Of a DNA stretch of 64,000 nt, positions 55,825-64,000 are shown piece after piece (within the stretch, counting starts at the first letter, position 1; the number at the start of each line of letters is the position of its first letter). The stretch comes from Octopus vulgaris (Eukaryota): assembly GCA_951406725.2 (NCBI GenBank), contig OX597834.1:39866001-39930000 (forward strand), written 5' to 3'. The translations under genes were made by a program, and so were the position numbers. Under the pieces are notes generated by a model. It did not search any database. It had not been told where the DNA came from and was given only the letters and a program-made list of their open reading frames with translations.

Positions 55825-56027
55825 CAGGGTGGCCCAAAAGTAGGTTTACAGTTATTCTACTTTCACTTTCACATTCATAAATTAACAGTTTAGATCTTAA
55901 TTATAAAAAAATACGAACCGATTATTCTATGCAAATTTAGTTAATTGTAAGATAGAAATTTCAATGTTATAAAATGCTTTCATTTAAAGTGATGTGATAA
56001 CTGTAAACCTACTTTTGGGCCACCCTG
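55825..56027. mobile_element. Tc1/mariner-type MITE (a solo end of the same family at ~53900-53945)
   Basis: Near-perfect TIRs cagggtggcccaaaagtaggtttacagtta / taactgtaaacctacttttgggccaccctg. Confidence 0.9.
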
Positions 56028-56307
56028 TAGATATATATATATATATCATCATCATCAACAACATCATCACCATCATATATATGGGGTAGAGGTGCTTGCA
56101 TAATTGTGAATAATTTGTTCTTGATCCACGTGTGTGTACATGAATGTATATGTGTGTATGTATTAATATACATATGTATATACACATATATATTTCTATG
56201 TACAAATGTATCCTTTATGTGTATATGTGTGTCTGTATGTTTTTCATGTGCGAATTTACATGGTACATTCATAATTTAATAAGCTTATGTGTATATGTGA
56301 ATGTATA

Positions 56308-56355
<48 letters not shown>

Positions 56356-56379
56356 TGTCTCTATATATATGTAGATTTA

Positions 56380-56830
56380 TGCTGACTATATGTATGATTT
56401 TCATGTATGTATGTGTCTATCTATGTACTGTATCTATAAATGGTTTTCATGTGTATATATATGTACATATATATAATTTTCATGTATATATGTTTGCATG
56501 TATGCAATGGATGTGTGAATGGTTTTCATGCATGATTTTCGTGTATGTATGTATGTATGCATGATTTTGATGCATGTGTGTATGTATGCACAATTTTCAT
56601 GTATGTATGTTTGTATGTATGTATGAATGAATGCATGATTTTCATGTACGTGTGTGTGCATGTGTGTATGTATGTATATATGTGCGCGTGTGTGTATGCA
56701 GGATTTATATGTATATATGTGTGTGTTTGTACGCCTGCATGATATTCATCTATATATGCGTGTATGTATGCACTGTATGTATGAATGGCTTTCATGGATA
56801 CATGTATATATACTTTCATGTAGTACATGT
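56380..56830. repeat. Degenerate atgattttcatgtatgt minisatellite
   Basis: Recurring ttttcatg core every ~25-45 bp. Confidence 0.75.
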
Positions 56831-56961
56831 ATTATCATATACATGTGTGTTTATGAAGGCATATAATCAAATAGCTACGTACATTAATGTATGCATGTAT
56901 TTGCAAGTTACAGTTAATATTTGATGTGTACGTGAATGTGTGTGTGTATGTGTGTACGTAA

Positions 56962-57028
<67 letters not shown>

Positions 57029-58659
57029 AAAATGCGACAGCCTTTCCTTTTGGTTATCTTATAAGTCATGTGCACGGATTTTCAAAGAAAAACAACAACA
57101 ACAACAAACATGCGACCATACGTATGTGTGTTGATTGTGTGTGTGTCTGTGTGTTTTTGTTTCAAAGTGGTGTGTGTGTGTGTGTGAGAGAGAGTATATG
57201 ACTGTGTATGTGTAAATACTGGTCCATAATATAAACGGAAGCTTTTAAGAGTCTGTTTTCATTTCTATATACCGAAAACATCCTTGATATTGTGATAAAC
57301 ACACACACACTCACGCACACATAGACTGAGACATTACAAATACATCACACACACACACACACATACACACTGGCCAATTTTTTTTTATCTTTTACATGTT
57401 TCAGTTATTGGGCTACAGCCATACTGGAGCACTGCATTGAAGGATTTTATCAAACACATTCACTCATGTATTTTTCAATATTTTTTAAACCAAGTACTTA
57501 TTCTATTGGTCTCTCTAGCTGAACTGCTAAGTTATAAGGATGTAAACAAGCCAATAGTAGTTGTCTAGTGTTGATAAGGAACAAACACACACACGATACA
57601 CACATGCGCATTATATACACACACAAACACACATGCATGTATATATATAAATACATGTATACATATATATATACATAGATATAAATGCATGTATATATAT
57701 ATATATATAAATATATATAAAATTACAAGGGCAGTTATATGCTATATGAAACCAAAAAGAAATTATTCAGTTGTCACTAATTGTGGTTGAGGGTGCCAGG
57801 AAGCACCTATATGTAAAGGCATGAAATTCCAAGAATCCTTTGGATGTTGACTGATGAAAAATTAGCTACCAAATTTCTGTTTGAGATGATTTTTTTTTTA
57901 ATAAAATTTTCCATTTGTTGTGTTTTTGTTAAATTTTCGAAATACCCCACACACACACACACATATATATATATACTGTATATATATTATGGGCTTCTTT
58001 CAGTTTCCATCTACCAAATCCACTCATGATGTTTTTGGTTGGCATGTTGCTGTAGGAGAAGACAGTTGCCCGAGGTACCAAGGAATGGGACTGAACTCAG
58101 AACCTTGGAGCCATGTGGCTGAGAAGCAAGCTTCAGAAAAATGTACTCAATACACATAGCTGAGTGAATGTAATTGTGTACACACACATGTAGAGAGATT
58201 AACACATGTTCACAAACAAATATATTTACATGGATTCACACATATGCATACACACATACACACACACATCAACACTGAGTGTGGGAGATAAATACGTATT
58301 AAAATTGATAATAGTTTTAGAAAGAAGAAAAGAAACACCTTGCTTCCTCACATATCCTCTTTGAAGACCAACAAACCACCACCGACCCTTCCAAACGCAT
58401 ACAACGACGTTGTAGATAAAGTAAATAACACAAATCCCTTATTCCACCTTTGTTAATACAGTAAATAATTTATCAAGTAATTCTTGATTGTAATGAAGTG
58501 AAAAGAAACTGAGACGGACAAATGATGGATGAATGAGTAGAATGTTGAATCTGTGTGCATGTATATATGTATGTATGTATGTGTGTATATATAGTTGAGA
58601 GAGAAAGAGAAAGTGAGTAACAGAGAGAGAAAGGTGGGTAGATTGATTGACGTATGTGT

Positions 58660-59152
58660 TAGATGGATAGAGAAGCAGACAGACAGACAGACAGAGCTAG
58701 GTAGACAGATAGGTATACAAACATTGAAGGACAGATAGATAGATAGATAGACGGATAGATAGATGGATGGATGGATGGATGGATGGATAGACAGATAGTT
58801 GGATGGATGGATGGATGGATGGATGGATAGACAGATAGTTTGGATGGATGGATGGATGGATGGATAGATAGACAGATAGATGGATGGATGGATAGATAGA
58901 TTGATAGGTAGATAGATAGATAAATGGAGAAGGTAGATGGATTGACATATGTGACAGAGGGATAAATTGGGAAGCAGACAGATGTATAGACAGACATGGA
59001 CAGATAGAAGGAGAGACAGACAGACAGACACAGTTAAATAGACAGATATATAAACACTGATAGATCGACAAATAGACAGATATTGAGAGCTAGAAGGATA
59101 TGTAAACACAAAGACAGACAAACACCAATAACTAGGATGGACAGATAGATAA

Positions 59153-59200
<48 letters not shown>

Positions 59201-59470
59201 GTAGATATAGATAGATAGATAGATAGATAGATAGACTGATAGATAGACTGATAGATAGACTGATAGATAGATAGATAGAAAGATAGATACACGCAGCTAA
59301 ATAGACAGATATTGGTAGACACAGATAATCAAACAACCGATATGTATATTGGTAGATAAACAGATAGGTAGACCAGCTATTTAAAGGTACATACATTGAT
59401 GGACATTTATAAATAAATACATTTACAAACAGATGGATGGATGTATGGATGGATAAACAGATAAATCGAC
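58660..59470. repeat. (GATA)/(GGAT)/(GACA) tetranucleotide field immediately downstream of the candidate exon donor
   Basis: Direct reading. Confidence 0.9.
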
Positions 59471-59516
59471 AGATTGAAAGACAGCTAAAATATACATATT
59501 AAGGATGGCTTCTTAC

Positions 59517-59614
59517 GTTGCTGGTTGTATGGAGTACATGTTTCCATCCTGAACATCTAAATCTGTCGAACCATTCACTTGTTCCAGGGCGAAACTGCTA
59601 TTGTCAACATCCAT
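59517..59614 (-). CDS. Candidate first coding exon of a large minus-strand gene (MDVDNSSFALEQVNGSTDLDVQDGNMYSIQPA+AC, phase-2 intron follows); product unidentified
   Basis: Non-repetitive island. ATG at 59614 is the first in-frame Met after an upstream in-frame TAG, and 32 codons plus 2 nt run into the donor AAC|GTAAGA at 59517/59516. Natural-looking amino-acid composition; no family recognised. Confidence 0.5.
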
Positions 59615-61319
59615 AATTTTTCTCTTGGATGAAGATGGTATATTCCGAACATATAAAAAAACAAAAAAACAAACAAACTAGTTTGCTTCTTTTCAAATCC
59701 TTCACCACTGATTCCAGAATTCCAGATAGGGCCCTGTGCTTTTTTTTTCTTTTTTTTTTCTTTTTAATTTTTGCTTGGAATTAAGAGCGATTCTTAATTA
59801 TTATTATTATTATTATTATTATTGTTGTTGTTGTTGCAATCGCAGTTTAATTGTTGTTACTGCCATCTAGAATTACTGTCACCTCTCAGTGTTTTCTTAA
59901 TTTGGGGGGGAAAAAAACACCCAGCGGGAGAAAGAGAGGGAGAACAGCTGAAACCAGGAGTATTGTGATTTATCATAGCATTATTTATAGTGATGATGAT
60001 GATGATGATGATGACGACTGACTATGATCACCTGGTTTCTTCTTGTGTATATATATGTATAAGCGTAGATCTGCATACATACATATATGCACGCGTGTGT
60101 AGTACTGTGTGATGTAGTAAGTGTGGTGACTTGGTGTGTGTGAGTGTGTGGATGGACTACACAAGATAAATGTTGTAGTAGAACATAATACTATGGAAAG
60201 GAGGAGGAAGAGAAGGAGGAGAAGAAGAATGGGAGGAAGAGAGAAGGGGGGGGTCTGACTGACTAGCTGGCTGACTGTCTGCCTGCCTGATTGCAGTGCA
60301 TCAGCAAGTAGCAGAGGGAGGAGGGGAGGAAGAGGAGGAGGAGAAAAAGACACAGAGAACACTGAAGTGGATGATGGTGATGGTGGTGGTGGTGGTGGTG
60401 GTGGTGGTGGTGATATTGGTGAGGTTGCCAGTCCGTTTGTCAGTCAGTCAGTCTGTCTGTCCGTCCGTCCGTCCGTCCGTCCGTCCGTCCGTCTGTCAGT
60501 CAACCATGCTACATCATTCATTCATCAGGAGCAATAATGAAAATACAGTCAGTTTATCTAGAGATCTATCTTATATCTATTTATATATATATAATGTTCC
60601 CCCACCCCGCCCCCACCTCCGACTCCCCCTTCTTGCCCTTCATCTCATTGTCTATCTGTATCTTGTTAGTCTTAACATAGCTTTAATCATCTATCATTAT
60701 CTATCACACACACACACACACACATACATGTATGTCAGTATAAATAAATAAATGTTTGTGTGTGTGTGTGTTTGTACCTGTCCCTTTAATCCTAGGCCTT
60801 CTATCTTTGTGTATCCTTATCAGTTCTATCTACCTATGTAAGATATCCATGCATGTGTGTGTATGTTTATTGTGTGTATGTGTGAGTGTGTATTTATGTA
60901 TATATACAAATGACAAATATATATATAAAATATATATAATATATAAAATATATATATATATATATATATAATATATATAAAATATATAATATATATATAA
61001 TATATATAAAATATATATAATATATAAAATATATAATATATATAATATATAAAATATATAATATATATATATATAATATATATAAAATATATATAATATA
61101 TAAAATATACAATATATATATACACACACGTGTGTGTGAGTACATATCTTCTTCATTTGTACCTAATTTTTCTACACACAAACATGATCATACACACACA
61201 CACACACACACAGACACACCACACATGCACATATTCAAATATAAGCCCACATGCCTGCACGCACACACACAAATGCAGATGGCTAGATCGATAGATATAA
61301 CCCCTATCTTACATTGATG

Positions 61320-61584
61320 TCAGAGCAGTTAGAGAGGTAGGTGCTGATGTCGGTGTTGGTGTTGGTTAGTGATGGCTGCAGATTACGGAACGAACGAGAG
61401 AGGGCAACACATTAAATTCGTAGTCGATATTGGTTGTCAAACATTTTGTCAACGACCTCGACACCGCATCACCATGTTACAGCATCATACCATGCCATCA
61501 CACACATGCACAGAATCCATTAAAGAAAAAGTTAGATACATACATACATTAGATGTACATCTATATATATATCTGTATCTATAT

Positions 61585-61632
<48 letters not shown>

Positions 61633-61893
61633 CCACACACACATACATACATATACATATATATATATATACCACAAACACATACATATACATATATATA
61701 TATATATATACCACACTCACATACATATACATACATATATATATGTATATATATATATATATACGTGAGTATGTGTGTGTGATATATATATATATATGTA
61801 TATAGATACAGATATATATATATAGAAATACATCTAATGTATGTCTGTATGTATATATATATATATATATATATATACCACACACACATACAT

Positions 61894-61952
<59 letters not shown>

Positions 61953-62399
61953 GAGAGAGAGAGCCGACACTGTATCTAATGGTAGTTATTTATCAACTAT
62001 AAAGGATATTTACTACTAAAATGCGGCCGGTGGTAGTGGTCAGTTGGATATAAAAACTGACCGTTCAATCTATCGAACTTGATTGAGAGGGAAGAAAAAA
62101 AAAAGAAAAGAAAACAAAGCAAAAAAATACTAAACTCCACCCCCCCAACCCCCACCATCACTGCCGCCACCACCACACACCCCACTTCACCCTTTTCAGT
62201 CAGTGTTGTAGCTTAGAGGAAGGGTGAGAGGGAGAGTGGCATCTGAGTAATGACTCTCCCTCTCTCTCTCTCCCTCTTTCTTTCTCTCCCTCTCTCTCTC
62301 CGCCTCTCTCTTCGTCGGAGTCGTGCTGGTGAAACAGAGGAGGACGATTAACAGTAATAGATAGGTTTGATAGAGGAGGAAGATCGAAGACTATCAGAT

Positions 62400-62430
<31 letters not shown>

Positions 62431-62440
62431 GAACCAGTTC
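61320..62440 (-). promoter_or_regulatory. CpG-retaining unique islands upstream of the candidate first coding exon; possible promoter/5' UTR
   Basis: Locally frequent CpG (61320-61470, 62020-62440) in otherwise CpG-poor DNA; position 5' of 59614 on the minus strand. Confidence 0.2.
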
Positions 62441-62529
62441 TGCAACAACACCATCATCATCATCATCATCATCACCACCACCACCACCATCATCACCACC
62501 ACTATCGTTCTCACCATCACTACGATCAC

Positions 62530-63750
62530 CACAATGTCCATCGCCACTACCACCTCCATCACTATAACCACCATCACAATCTCCACCACTACCCTCATGA
62601 CCTCCACCACCACCACCACCAACACCACCACTACCACCTCCATCACTATTACCACCATCACCATCTCCATCACTACCCTCATGACCTCCACCACCAACAC
62701 CACTAACACCACTACCACCTCCATCACTATTACCACCATCACCATCTCCACCACTACCCTCACCCTCATCCACCACCACCACCACCACCAACACCACCAC
62801 TACCACCTCCATCACTATAACCACCATCACCATCTCCACCACTACCCTCATGACCTCCACCACCACCACCAACACCACTAACACCACTACCACCTCCATC
62901 ACTATTACCACCATCACCATCTCCACCACTACCCTCATGACCACCACCACCAACACCACCTCCATCACTATTACCACCATCACCATCTCCACCACTACCC
63001 TCATGACCACCACCACCAACACCACCTCCATCACTATTACCACCATCACCATCTCCACCACTACCCTCATGACCACCACCACCAACACCACCTCCATCAC
63101 TATTACCACCATCACCATCTCCACCACTACCCTCATGACCACCACCACCAACACCACCTCCATCACTATTACCACCATCACCATCTCCATCACTACCCTC
63201 ATGACCACCACCACCACCACACCACCTCCATCACTATTACCACCATCACCATCTCCACCACTACCCTCATGACCACCACCACCAACACCACCTCCATCAC
63301 TATTACCACCATCACCATCTCCACCACTACCCCTCACCACCACCACCACCACCACCATCACTATTACCACCATCACCATCTCCACCACTACCCTCATGAC
63401 CTCCACCACCACCACCAACACCACCACCACCTCCATCACTATTACCACCATCACCATCTCCACCACTACCCTCATGACCACCACCACCAACACCACCTCC
63501 ATCACTATTACCACCATCACCATCTCCACCACTACCCTCATGACCTCCACCACCACCACCAACACCACCACCATCACCACCACTACCCTCATGACCACCA
63601 CCACCAACACCACCTCCATCACTATTACCACCATCACCATCTCCACCACTACCCTCATGACCTCCACCACCACCACCAACACCACCACCATCACCACCAC
63701 TACCCTCATGACCTCCACCACCAACACCACCAACACCACCTCCACCATCT
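62530..63750. repeat. 66-bp (variants ~39-75) ACC-derived minisatellite
   Basis: tcatga marker at 62935, 63001, 63067...; all lengths are multiples of 3. Confidence 0.92.
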
Positions 63751-64000
63751 TCATCATCGTCATCAATATTCGCTGATATAACATGTCACTCCTACTATGA
63801 TAAAACATTGCCGCCAGCAAACGGACCTGCCAGCCTCCTCATCATTGAAACACAAACTATGTTTGAAATGTTGGAGAGAAGAGGGATTGAACCTCAGCCA
63901 CACATATCTCATTTAACAAGGGGAAGTGGTTCTATTGTGCTTCAGTTGTTTGTGTGTTACAAGCTAAATAATGTAAACAAACACATGTACAAACATGTCT

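Noticed and set aside
58453-59396. Long SIYL-type ORFs and all YI/HT/CV ORFs
   Set aside because: Di- and tetranucleotide microsatellite translations
62348-63820. 490-aa and other long ORFs (poly-V/M, T-rich, H-rich)
   Set aside because: Translations of a triplet-derived minisatellite, open in several frames for compositional reasons

Overview
AT-rich, microsatellite-saturated eukaryotic DNA. The SINE families and simple-repeat density look like Octopus/cephalopod genomic sequence (inferred, not searched). Almost all ORFs in the supplied track are translations of simple repeats or SINEs. The window is best read as intronic sequence of one large minus-strand gene, unidentified: a plausible first coding exon lies at 59614-59517 (MDVDNSSF...QPA/T, GTAAGA donor), with a few weak downstream exon candidates. 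About 56 kb further along that strand is a textbook-looking recursive splice site (U-tract-CAG|GTAAGT at 3800/3799) with a 40-nt cryptic RS-exon. The interval contains: four SINE families (dozens of copies, many nested, tandem or inverted); a full-length decayed mariner (4296-5578); a double-5'-end foldback mariner; Tc1/mariner MITEs; a Helentron-type element; RTE and R4/Dong LINE 3' ends; several minisatellites; and short palindromic Penelope-like remnants. At least six of these remnants carry type I hammerhead-ribozyme motifs; the best are 35548-35636 (minus) and 55643-55702 (plus).
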